DNA from: Thermoplasmata archaeon
Lineage (GTDB): Archaea > Thermoplasmatota > Thermoplasmata > UBA10834
Length of the DNA: 52,972 nt
Assembly (NCBI GenBank): GCA_014859835.1
Contig: JACZKW010000112.1
Coordinates: 1 to 52,972 of the forward strand
Direction of reading: 5' to 3'
Part shown: positions 9,556 to 18,007 of the stretch, piece after piece
How positions within the stretch are numbered: the stretch's first letter is position 1
Layout: every line of letters starts with the position of its first letter
Notes under the pieces: generated by a model
Told to the model about the DNA's origin: nothing
Database searches by the model: none
The model's input: the letters and a program-made list of their open reading frames with translations, nothing else
Made by a program: the position numbers and the translations under genes

Positions 9556-9972
9556 CTACAGCACCTCTGTATCTATGATGAAGACGCATTTATCGTCTCC
9601 TTTGGAGACGCACTTCCTCTCGTGGCAATACACATCCTTGCCTGTACGTTCCTCGAACACCTTTGCAAGTATGCCTCTGAGCATATGACAGGTCGGCATG
9701 TCTGAGCTGTGCACCTCGATAGAGCCTGATATGGACACGGTATCGCCTTCAAAGACGAGGTCGATCGCCCAGCCTTCCTTGATCAGGACTTCTCGTATCC
9801 TGCCCAAGTCAGTGCCCGTCGTCTTGACGATACGATTGCCCATTATCCTTCCGCTTCTGTAGAACATTCCGTGGGATGCAAAAGTCATGACTGTTTCGTA
9901 AAGTCTCTTGATCTCTACGAGCTCTTCCTTGCGCATCTTTATGGCGCGGTCTGGTTGCTCCATGATATTCAC
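9556..9972 (-). CDS. V4R (4-vinyl reductase-like) small-molecule-binding domain protein
   Basis: 138 aa with conserved Cys positions CHMLRG and CHERKCVSKGDDKCVF, typical of the V4R domain. Its stop codon abuts the KaiC-like start with no gap. Confidence 0.7.
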   Translation of the reverse strand: MNIMEQPDRAIKMRKEELVEIKRLYETVMTFASHGMFYRSGRIMGNRIVKTTGTDLGRIREVLIKEGWAIDLVFEGDTVSISGSIEVHSSDMPTCHMLRGILAKVFEERTGKDVYCHERKCVSKGDDKCVFIIDTEVL

Positions 9973-10101
9973 CTACACTGGGGATCCCATCTATCAATGA
10001 ATCGAGACTTATAACTTTTGGTTGGCCCTCCACCAGCTCTCAGTGATGCGCTTTGTTTCCTCCAGGAGAAGTTAATCTACCATCAGAAGATATCTGGAGC
10101 C

Positions 10102-10629
10102 GTGTTGGAAGTAGAGAGCAAGTACCTATCCCCGGGCAACGACAAGATCGAGAAGACCCTTCAGATGATCGGGGCGGTCAAGACCTCCGAGGAGGAGATG
10201 GAGGACATCTATTATCGCCATCCGGTCAGAGATTTCGGCAAGACGGACGAAGCCCTCAGATTGCGGAAGACGGGGGATTCCTCCGAACTGACATACAAGG
10301 GTCCGAGGATGCATATGCAGCATACCAAGGCGAGGGAGGAGATCACGATGAGGATGGAGAACCCCCTCGCGATGCAGAGGATCGTGGAGAGGCTCGGGTT
10401 CGCGGAATTCATGACCATCAAGAAGAGGCGCGTGAATTACATCTATGACAAGATAAGGATCGCCGTGGACGATGTCGATGGTCTCGGAGAGTATGTAGAG
10501 CTTGAGCTCATCACCGAGGAACCAAAGAGAGCGGAGAGACTCATAGAGCAGCTCCGAGCCGAACTGGCACTATCGAAGGTGGAACCGCGAACATATCTCG
10601 AGCTGACGCTTCAGAAAGCCAAGGACTAG
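10102..10629 (+). CDS. CYTH domain protein (class IV adenylate cyclase CyaB / triphosphatase family)
   Basis: N-terminal LEVESKYL (the ExExK signature), then DEALRLRK....LTYKGP and VDDVDGLGEYVELE. The start is set at the in-frame GTG at 10102. The ORF is open from 10018. Confidence 0.7.
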   Translation: MLEVESKYLSPGNDKIEKTLQMIGAVKTSEEEMEDIYYRHPVRDFGKTDEALRLRKTGDSSELTYKGPRMHMQHTKAREEITMRMENPLAMQRIVERLGFAEFMTIKKRRVNYIYDKIRIAVDDVDGLGEYVELELITEEPKRAERLIEQLRAELALSKVEPRTYLELTLQKAKD

Positions 10630-10649
10630 GACTCTTAGTGACACTAGGA

Positions 10650-10668
10650 ACGAGGGATTATCCCTCGT
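10650..10668. repeat. Inverted repeat (8-bp stem, 3-nt loop) between convergent genes
   Basis: ACGAGGGA-TTA-TCCCTCGT, read directly from the sequence. It may be a terminator-like hairpin, but there is no adjacent T-run. Confidence 0.5.
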
Positions 10669-10713
10669 CGATCAACTACGGATTGACGCGAACTCGTTTG
10701 ATTGACGGAGGAT

Positions 10714-10962
10714 TCAGAGCGTGTTTATCTTCTCCGTTACGAAGGTCTTGATCGCGGGTTCGTCCGGGATGGTGATCGATTTCTTGTATTTCTCGCTACC
10801 ATCCGGAAGGAAGTAACCCCTGGACACAGAGATGAACTCACTGTCGCCCTCATCAGTTATTGCCTTCTTTCGCGCGACTTCCAAGAAATTGTTCTTTCCA
10901 AAAGGAATCTTCTCAGCGCTCAACGTCTCAAAACGGACCTTTGCTCCCTTTTCATCATCCAT
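10714..10962 (-). CDS. Small hypothetical protein (82 aa), possibly a PC4/YdbC-like ssDNA-binding fold
   Basis: ATG at 10962 with GGAGG 5 nt upstream. The pattern FGKNNFLEVARKK...FISVSRGYFLPDGSEKYKKSITIP...IKTFVTEKI loosely resembles the PC4 C-terminal domain. The upstream 57 codons of the ORF track are probably not coding. Confidence 0.45.
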   Translation of the reverse strand: MDDEKGAKVRFETLSAEKIPFGKNNFLEVARKKAITDEGDSEFISVSRGYFLPDGSEKYKKSITIPDEPAIKTFVTEKINTL

Positions 10963-11057
10963 TTGGTTGCCTCCGTGATGTGGCGGCAGTGAAAACACCG
11001 TTCCGGTCATATAAACGTTGGCGGAGGATATGGGGCGCCGTACATGTTTATGCACAA

Positions 11058-11079
11058 TGAGATGGTCCTGAGATGGTCC
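11058..11079. repeat. Perfect tandem duplication, 2 x 11 bp (TGAGATGGTCC), in a divergent promoter region
   Basis: Read directly from the sequence, between the minus-strand start at 10962 and the plus-strand start at 11170. Confidence 0.8.
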
Positions 11080-11169
11080 GAATTCATATCCACGAGGATT
11101 GCCCCAGACTTTCATGACTGTTGACGGATACACAAATCATAATATAGTGACGAGCAGGTTGGTTCGATC

Positions 11170-12531
11170 GTGTCAGAGGAGCCACGGCCAGCATGCCAGA
11201 ATACGCCCGGCGAGTACTGCACATTATGCGGTGCTTGGATACCGCCGACGGGTAATTTCTGCCCGAGATGTGGGGCGATAAGGGCGTCACTGAGGGCTTC
11301 CGATCCGGTCCAGTCACCGTTCCCCATGGCCAGAACCGTCCCCGTGAGGACAGGGCCTTCGTGGCGTAGACTCTTCAAAACTGGGTCGGCATATTCGATG
11401 ATTACAATGCTGGCCCAGTTCATCCTCTCTCTTGTTACCCTGATATATGGGATAACGATAGTGCTCCCGGAGATCGTCAAACATACTTTCTCGATGATAA
11501 TCATCACACCAAACCTGGTCGAGATAGGCAGGATATCCGGCGATGCGCTGGGTGTGTACTATCTCCTCATCGTCGCGGCGATCTTGATGAGCGCCATTTG
11601 GCTGTTTGTGACCAGCGCGAGGTCTTTCAGGAAGGAACTGGGGATGAAGGCCGAGTCCAGAAAGCATAGCGCAATATTCGATCTCTGCGGACTGATGTTC
11701 GCAGTACTCTTCCTGAACATGGTAGTGATACTTGTGATGGGGATGTTCGGCAACGAGGCGACCTCGCCCGTTGAGGACACGGACCTATGGGAACTCCTCT
11801 TCCTGCTGGCCAATGCATCTGTCTGGGAAGAGCTCATAGTACGGGTGCTCATGATCGGCCTGCCCCTGATAGCCATCGATCTCCTAAGACGCGCGTTCAG
11901 CGGAAGAGCGCTACCGTACAAACCTCAGAAGTATGTTCTAGGTGGAGGGATAAGCATAGGGATCCCGGAGGCAGCCCTTCTGATATTCTCATCTGCCATG
12001 TTTGGCATGGGGCACTACGAAGGATGGGGTGCATGGAAGGTGTTCCCTGCGACGGTGGCTGGACTCGCATTCGGATACATGTTCCTGAGGCATGGGCTCG
12101 CCGCCTCGATCATGCTGCATTTCGGATTCGACTACCTCTCACTCCCGTCCGATGTCTTCCCAGGGGCATCCCTGAGCATACTCGTGTTCCTGGGAGTGGC
12201 ATTGCTCCTATGGATCGGGATGGGCAGCGTATTCTTCGGATACTACCTGACACGCATGGCGGAATTCGTCACCAAACGCAAGTACTTTGAGGACCGACCC
12301 GCGCCACAGCCAGTGCACTACGCCTATTCGTACGGTGGGAAGATTACGCAACCGCCAAGGGAGACTCCGCCAGTCACGGGAAGTCCAGAACTCGGCCGAC
12401 GCGAACCTGTGACAACGCAAAACGCAATACCTGGGTTCGGAGCGGTGTTCATATGCCCCGTATGCGGCAGCACGCAGGCGAGATGGCTCGATGGACGGTT
12501 CCAGTGCCTCAGATGCGGATCGCTACTGTAG
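11170..12531 (+). CDS. CPBP (CAAX/Abi) family intramembrane metalloprotease with zinc ribbons at both the N- and C-termini
   Basis: Motifs WEELIVRV, FGMGH and HFGFD within multi-TM segments. N-terminal CTLCG..FCPRCG and C-terminal CPVCG..FQCLRCG. GTG start. Confidence 0.7.
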   Translation: MSEEPRPACQNTPGEYCTLCGAWIPPTGNFCPRCGAIRASLRASDPVQSPFPMARTVPVRTGPSWRRLFKTGSAYSMITMLAQFILSLVTLIYGITIVLPEIVKHTFSMIIITPNLVEIGRISGDALGVYYLLIVAAILMSAIWLFVTSARSFRKELGMKAESRKHSAIFDLCGLMFAVLFLNMVVILVMGMFGNEATSPVEDTDLWELLFLLANASVWEELIVRVLMIGLPLIAIDLLRRAFSGRALPYKPQKYVLGGGISIGIPEAALLIFSSAMFGMGHYEGWGAWKVFPATVAGLAFGYMFLRHGLAASIMLHFGFDYLSLPSDVFPGASLSILVFLGVALLLWIGMGSVFFGYYLTRMAEFVTKRKYFEDRPAPQPVHYAYSYGGKITQPPRETPPVTGSPELGRREPVTTQNAIPGFGAVFICPVCGSTQARWLDGRFQCLRCGSLL

Positions 12532-13281
12532 TCGATCCTCCAATATTCTCTTGCTCTCAATCCCCTCATCGAGGCCGGTCGCTTCTATGATCAGATTGCC
12601 GTCGTAAGAACCTTTCAAAGCACTGAGAACCCGGTCCAGGTCAGCAGTGCCGTGATCGATCCTGTTGTGTTGGTCCCACTGACCATCGTTATTGTGGAGA
12701 TGGACGTTTCTGAATTCCGATCTGTGCCTCAGCATCTCGTCGAGCTGATTCGATGTGTTCGCGTGCCCCATGTCGAAGCATAGACCGACGTCGGTCCCCT
12801 GGACCGCTTCGACCAGATCTGCCGCGGCTGTGCATGTCGCGTTGATGTTCGCAGGCATGTTCTCAAGAGCTAGTTGAATGGAATTATCCTCGGCGAACGG
12901 AGCCAGTTCGCGAACCGAGCGCTTTGTTGCCTCGAACACCTTCGATCGGTCCAGGAAGGCGATGCCGGTCACGAAACCCGGATGGATGGTCACGAGTCTG
13001 ATATCCAGTTCCCTGCAGACCGATATGACGTTTCGAATCTCCTTCAATGCTGCCTGTCTCATCGGCTCGTATACGCTACCGATGTTCACATCGGTCATCG
13101 GCGCATGGATCTGGAACTTCAGATCCAATGAATCTCGGCCGTATAACATCCCCGTCTTGATCTCGTTCAGATGATGTTCGCCTTCCGGAAGTATTTCCCA
13201 GAGTGAGAAGTGTTTGGAGATAGTCGCTAACGTCTCATCGAAAGGCTTGGCGCAGAAAGCAGGGGAGGCGACGCCGATCAC
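12523..13281 (-). CDS. Sugar phosphate isomerase/epimerase (xylose isomerase-like TIM barrel, AP endonuclease 2 family)
   Basis: IHAP...., VTIHPG, LALENM, CFDMGHA and HLHNNDG..DQH motifs. The GTG start at 13281 overlaps the upstream stop (GTGA). Confidence 0.75.
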   Translation of the reverse strand: MIGVASPAFCAKPFDETLATISKHFSLWEILPEGEHHLNEIKTGMLYGRDSLDLKFQIHAPMTDVNIGSVYEPMRQAALKEIRNVISVCRELDIRLVTIHPGFVTGIAFLDRSKVFEATKRSVRELAPFAEDNSIQLALENMPANINATCTAAADLVEAVQGTDVGLCFDMGHANTSNQLDEMLRHRSEFRNVHLHNNDGQWDQHNRIDHGTADLDRVLSALKGSYDGNLIIEATGLDEGIESKRILEDRLQ

Positions 13282-13655
13282 TTCGACCCCCCCTTCGCGA
13301 GGAGCGGGGCGATCGAATCGATGAGCCCTTCCGGATCCTCGCACGAGACCTCGACCGCGATGTCCCCCAACGGTCGGCACTCTTCAGAGAAAGAGATCTT
13401 GCCGATGGTGGCCACCTGCTTATTGAGATTGAACCGTATGGATTCGGGCATCATGCACCTCCTCAGTGCCGACCGAGCCGCTGATCGTATCCTCTGCTTC
13501 TGCAACAGTTCACTGAAATGCTCCAAGGAAGAGGTTCTCGCTATGATCTCATCATCACCGTCGATTACTGCGTCGGGGAAGATGGAGAGAATGGCCTGAA
13601 CCACCTTCGACCGATCCTCAGTGGGATAGCATCTGGCCACTGCCCTTATATCCAT
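13278..13655 (-). CDS. UPF0201/DUF54-type putative RNA-binding protein
   Basis: 125 aa from the ATG at 13655: PTEDRSKVVQAILSIFPD.....LEHFSELLQKQRIRSAARSALRR......RFNLNKQVA..GKISF. The longer 232-aa ORF extension would overlap the PolD gene. Confidence 0.6.
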   Translation of the reverse strand: MDIRAVARCYPTEDRSKVVQAILSIFPDAVIDGDDEIIARTSSLEHFSELLQKQRIRSAARSALRRCMMPESIRFNLNKQVATIGKISFSEECRPLGDIAVEVSCEDPEGLIDSIAPLLAKGGSK

Positions 13656-13678
13656 GATGTGCTGACCATGCTCGAAAA

Positions 13679-13689
13679 GATATTTAAAG
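13679..13689 (+). promoter_or_regulatory. Candidate TATA box for the PolD small-subunit gene
   Basis: GATATTTAAAG is centred about 29 nt upstream of the ATG at 13713. Confidence 0.4.
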
Positions 13690-13712
13690 ACGTCCGCGCT
13701 AGGTTTGCCGAG

Positions 13713-15170
13713 ATGAAGAAGCGCATTTTGGAGCTGCTGACTGAAGGTGGGATACTCGTCGACCCAGCGGCTGTGAATCTGCTCTGCACATTGCCTGATC
13801 CGATTGGTTGCGTGAAGCACATCTTGAAGGACCCTGACAACCGACCACTCATACTCTCCAAGGAAGATGTCGAGCAATATGCTCATTGTGTGTCCGAGAA
13901 GACGATCGCCGAACCTAGGAAGGTATCGGAACCCAAGAAGAAGACAGCAGCGGTCGAGACGACCGTGAAGAAACATGAGGTCATCGTGGTCAGGGACATC
14001 ACCGGAGATTCCACTTGTGTTGGCAACGTGATCGACTTCGCGAAGCTATTCAACGACCGTTATTCTACCATACGTAAGATGCTCTATAGAAGAAGGGAAC
14101 TCGCGGGCATCGTCTCGATATCCAGAGCGAAGAAGGTTCAGAGGGACATCAAGATAGTGGGCATGGTCAACGAAATAAGGACAACCAAGAACGGGCACAC
14201 ACTCCTGGAGATCGAAGACGAGGCGGACAAGATCCAGATACTCATCATGAAGGGTTCCAGGAAGATCAAGGAGGCATTCCTCAAGGACGAAGTGGTCGGC
14301 GTGATCGGCTCGTTCAGCAAGGATGGCGAGATAATAATCGCAAAGGAGATCATCAGACCAGATGTTCCCATGAACAGTGCGATGATCCCGAACGGTTCGG
14401 ATTCGGTCGTTGCTTTCGTCTCGGACATCCATGTCGGCAGCGATACATTCCTGCCGGAGAAATGGAACAGGTTCCTCGAATGGCTGAACAAGGATCCGTC
14501 GGCGAAGAAGATAAGATACATGGTGATGCCAGGAGACCTCGTTGACGGCATCGGGATATACCCAGGTCAGGAGGACGAGCTCCTCATAGAGGATGTCTTT
14601 GCGCAATATGAGGCATTGTCGAAATTGATCGAACCGATCCCGGACTGGATCAAGATCGTGATGATGCCTGGCAACCATGACGCCGTCCGCCTCGCCGAAC
14701 CTCAGCCAGCCCTGTCGAAGGAGATCCAGAACATATTCGACTCCCGCGTGATGTTCGCCGGGAACCCGTGCTACCTGGAGATAGAAGGACGTTCGATCCT
14801 GGCATATCATGGTCGGAGCATGGACGATTTCATAGCTAGTGTGCCCAGCCTATCCTATTCCGCACCCTTGGATGCGATGAAGGAGATGCTGAAGAGAAGG
14901 CATCTCGCTCCTGTGTACGGCGAGCGCACGGCGATCGCGCCTGAGCAGAAGGATTACATGATAATCGATCGTGTGCCGAACATATTCGTGACCGGTCACG
15001 TGCATTCGTGTGGCGTCTCGGAGTACAGGGGGATCAAACTGATCAACGCATCCACCTGGCAATCTCAGACGGAGTTCCAGAGGATGCACAACGTGGTCCC
15101 TGACCCCGCCAGAGTACCCATGATAAACCTAGGTACTGGGGAGTCGTGGATCGAAGATTTCTCGTACTGA
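13713..15170 (+). CDS. polB: DNA polymerase II (PolD) small subunit DP1
   Basis: Calcineurin-like phosphoesterase motifs VAFVSDIHVGS, MPGDLVDG, MPGNHDA and FVTGHVHS, with an OB-fold region upstream. The start is set at MKKRILELL. Confidence 0.9.
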   Translation: MKKRILELLTEGGILVDPAAVNLLCTLPDPIGCVKHILKDPDNRPLILSKEDVEQYAHCVSEKTIAEPRKVSEPKKKTAAVETTVKKHEVIVVRDITGDSTCVGNVIDFAKLFNDRYSTIRKMLYRRRELAGIVSISRAKKVQRDIKIVGMVNEIRTTKNGHTLLEIEDEADKIQILIMKGSRKIKEAFLKDEVVGVIGSFSKDGEIIIAKEIIRPDVPMNSAMIPNGSDSVVAFVSDIHVGSDTFLPEKWNRFLEWLNKDPSAKKIRYMVMPGDLVDGIGIYPGQEDELLIEDVFAQYEALSKLIEPIPDWIKIVMMPGNHDAVRLAEPQPALSKEIQNIFDSRVMFAGNPCYLEIEGRSILAYHGRSMDDFIASVPSLSYSAPLDAMKEMLKRRHLAPVYGERTAIAPEQKDYMIIDRVPNIFVTGHVHSCGVSEYRGIKLINASTWQSQTEFQRMHNVVPDPARVPMINLGTGESWIEDFSY

Positions 15171-15218
15171 ACCTTTTATGAGAGTATATTTGATATCGTG
15201 TGAGTGGGATTGAGACTC

Positions 15219-16649
15219 ATGCGAGAGTTGGAGGTCTTCTTCAAGCCAAGGTCGGTCGCTGTGATAGGTGCCACCCCGACCCCGGGAAAGATAGGTAACA
15301 TCGTAATAGAGAACCTCTATGGAGAGGGATACGATGGCAGGATACACTTCGTGAACCCGAACTATGACGAGATCCTGGGGATGCCGTGTTATCCGAAGAT
15401 AACCGATTGCCCGGATGGTGTGGATCTCGCCATAGTAGTCGTCCCCGCGAAGATAGTACCCGATGTTCTTGAGCAGGCAGGGAGGAAGAAGGTCAAAGGG
15501 GCGGTGGTGATATCCGCGGGCTTCTCGGAAGGTGACCAGGAGGGACGAGACAGAGAGAACCTCATCTTAGAAATATCCAAGAAACACGGGATGAGGATAG
15601 TGGGGCCCAATTCCCTCGGAGTGATCTCGCCACACCATAAGATGAACGCGTCTTTCGCCAGGACCTCGCCTTTGAAGGGGCCGATTGCATTCTTCTCGCA
15701 GAGCGGCGCATTCTGCACTGCGGCGATAGAATACTCCGTAAGGGAGATGCTCGGGTTCTCAGCATTCGTCAGTTCTGGAAATAAGGCAGACGTGGGGGAT
15801 TCGGATCTGGTGGATCACTTCGCATCAGATAAGAGGACCACCTGCATCGCAGCGTACATGGAGTCTACGAAGGATGGACACGCGCTCTTCGACTCGCTCA
15901 AGAGAGCCTCCAAGAAGAAGCCAATCGTGATCCTCAAGGCGGGGAGGACTGAGAGAGGAGCGAAGGCTGCCAAATCGCACACTGGCGCTCTGGCCGGTTC
16001 TGATTCCGCCTATGACGGAGCGTTCAAGCAGACCGGCGTGTACAGGGCCAAGACCATGTTCGAGCTGTTCGATGCGGCTCAGGCGCTTGCCAACCAGCCG
16101 CCCATGAAAGGAGAAGGCGTTGCGATCGTGACGAATGCCGGCGGCATGGGAGTGATCGCGACGGATTTCGCTTTCGATATGAATCTCAAGCTCGCGGAGC
16201 TGTCCGATGAAACGCTCCAGGACATCGGAAAGGCTTGCCCACCGACCTGGAGCTGGGGGAACCCGATCGACATCATAGGGGACGCAGATACGTCCAGATA
16301 CGCCAAGGTCCTCACCGCGGTGGGCAGGGCGCCGGAGGTCAAGGCGATCATGGTGATAGCTGCGAGGCAGGCCGCGACGAACCTGTTCCAGATAGCCAAA
16401 TGGATAGCCATCACATCGAAGCTGAGCGGCAAGCCGACGGTTGCGTGTTTTGCCGGCATCTTCGATCAGGAGTCGGAACAGTATCTTGATTCGAGGGGGA
16501 TACCGGTCATGTCTGTCCCTGAGAGAGGGATCACGGCATTGCATGCACTCTCTGAGCGAGGAAAGTGGCTAGACAAGATGGGCATCGATCACCCTGAGCC
16601 GAAGAAGGATGGCTGCCGATCTGAGAGAGGTAAGGGCAGAACCAAGTAG
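15219..16649 (+). CDS. Acetate--CoA ligase (ADP-forming) / NDP-forming acyl-CoA synthetase, alpha subunit
   Basis: FFKPRSVAVIGAT...GKIG, VNP, GPNSLG, FSQSGA and KSHTGALAGS (phosphohistidine loop). A TATA-like element lies at 15174-15190. No adjacent beta/ATP-grasp subunit. Confidence 0.75.
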   Translation: MRELEVFFKPRSVAVIGATPTPGKIGNIVIENLYGEGYDGRIHFVNPNYDEILGMPCYPKITDCPDGVDLAIVVVPAKIVPDVLEQAGRKKVKGAVVISAGFSEGDQEGRDRENLILEISKKHGMRIVGPNSLGVISPHHKMNASFARTSPLKGPIAFFSQSGAFCTAAIEYSVREMLGFSAFVSSGNKADVGDSDLVDHFASDKRTTCIAAYMESTKDGHALFDSLKRASKKKPIVILKAGRTERGAKAAKSHTGALAGSDSAYDGAFKQTGVYRAKTMFELFDAAQALANQPPMKGEGVAIVTNAGGMGVIATDFAFDMNLKLAELSDETLQDIGKACPPTWSWGNPIDIIGDADTSRYAKVLTAVGRAPEVKAIMVIAARQAATNLFQIAKWIAITSKLSGKPTVACFAGIFDQESEQYLDSRGIPVMSVPERGITALHALSERGKWLDKMGIDHPEPKKDGCRSERGKGRTK

Positions 16650-16672
16650 AAGAAAGTCCAGGAGGAGATGGT

Positions 16673-18007
16673 ATGGCGAAACCTACTAAAGAGGAGCTCC
16701 TCGACATAGTCGAGAAGGAGGAGGTAGAGTTCATAGAATTCCAGTTCATGGACATCTTGGGCACCGTCAAGTGCATGTCCGTGCCGGTCGCCAGGATGGA
16801 ACGGGCGCTCGACGAGGGGATATTGTTCGATGGATCGTCCATAGTCGGTTACGCGACGATCGACGAGTCCGACATGCGGGCGCATCCGGACCATGACACA
16901 TTCCTGATATTCCCATGGACCGAGGGGAGGATGAAGACTGCCAGGATGATATGTGACATCTTCACGATAGATGGCAAGAGGTTCAGAGGAGACCCGAGAT
17001 ACATACTCCAACGACAGATGGACAAGGCCAAGGAGATCGGGTTCGTATTCAACACCGGCCCCGAATTCGAGTTCTTCCTGTTCAAGCTTGATGAACATGG
17101 TGAGCCTACGACCACCCCCACAGATCACGGAGGCTACTTCGACCTGTTGCCCTTGGACCAGGCAGAACGCGTCAGAAAGGAGACCGCTCTTTATCTGGAC
17201 CAGCTCAAGTTCAATGTGGAGAGGACCACACACGAGGTGTCACCTGGACAGCACGAGATAGACTTGAGATACGACGATGCGCTCTCGATAGCTGACAGGA
17301 TCCTGATGCTCAAGCACGCGATCAAGACGGTCGCACTGCAGCACAACCTCTGGGCCACATTCATGCCCAAGCCAGTGTACGGAGTGAACGGAAGTGGGAT
17401 GCATGTGCACCAGTCATTATTCACTGCCGAAGGCGAGAACGCGTTCTACGATCCCAAAGCGAAGAACGAGCTCTCGAAGACGATGACCCATTACATAGCA
17501 GGAATACTGAACCACGCGAAGGATAACTGTGCGATTTTGAATTCGTGGGTCAATTCGTACAAGAGGATAGTCCCAGGATTCGAGGCACCGGCCTATATAT
17601 CATGGGCCAACAGGAACAGGAGCGCGCTGGTCCGCGTCCCTGCAGGCCGAGGAGCCGCCACGAGGATAGAGGTGAGGAACCCAGATCCCGCCGGCAATCC
17701 GTATCTGCAGTTCGCCGTGATGCTAGCATCTGGCCTTGATGGCATCAAGAAGAGATTGGACCCACCTGACCCTGTGGAGAAGGACCTGTTCGTGATGTCG
17801 CAGAAGGACCGCGAGAAGAACGGGATAGAATCCCTGCCCGCGAACCTGGGCCATGCCCTGAGCTATTTCGCGAAGAGCGAATTGATGAAGGATACCTTGG
17901 GGGAACACGCGTTCAACCACTTCATCGTGATCAAGCAGAGGGAGTGGGACACTTACAGGACCCAGGTCACCAGATGGGAGATCGAGAACTATCTCAAGGT
18001 GCTCTAG
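16673..18007 (+). CDS. glnA: Glutamine synthetase, type I
   Basis: FQFMDILG, GPEFEFFLF, HHEV-like THEVSPGQHEI, NGSGMHVHQS and NRSALVRVP. GGAGG Shine-Dalgarno upstream. Confidence 0.95.
   Translation: MAKPTKEELLDIVEKEEVEFIEFQFMDILGTVKCMSVPVARMERALDEGILFDGSSIVGYATIDESDMRAHPDHDTFLIFPWTEGRMKTARMICDIFTIDGKRFRGDPRYILQRQMDKAKEIGFVFNTGPEFEFFLFKLDEHGEPTTTPTDHGGYFDLLPLDQAERVRKETALYLDQLKFNVERTTHEVSPGQHEIDLRYDDALSIADRILMLKHAIKTVALQHNLWATFMPKPVYGVNGSGMHVHQSLFTAEGENAFYDPKAKNELSKTMTHYIAGILNHAKDNCAILNSWVNSYKRIVPGFEAPAYISWANRNRSALVRVPAGRGAATRIEVRNPDPAGNPYLQFAVMLASGLDGIKKRLDPPDPVEKDLFVMSQKDREKNGIESLPANLGHALSYFAKSELMKDTLGEHAFNHFIVIKQREWDTYRTQVTRWEIENYLKVL

Noticed and set aside
11150-11175. A tRNA-like GGTTCGATC (T-loop-like) sequence.
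   Set aside because: The flanking bases cannot form a T-stem, and no acceptor or anticodon arms can be drawn. It overlaps the start of the CPBP gene.
13656-13976. An N-terminal extension of the UPF0201-like ORF (232 aa instead of 125 aa).
   Set aside because: The extension would overlap the PolD small-subunit N-terminus on the opposite strand. The family-typical sequence begins at the ATG at 13655, and a TATA-like element for polD sits in the resulting spacer.
14046-14810. A 254-aa minus-strand ORF inside the PolD small-subunit gene. Similar antisense ORFs occur at 15825-16544, 16589-17233 and 39362-40222.
   Set aside because: All are antisense to genes with clear catalytic motifs, and none has motifs or translation signals of its own.
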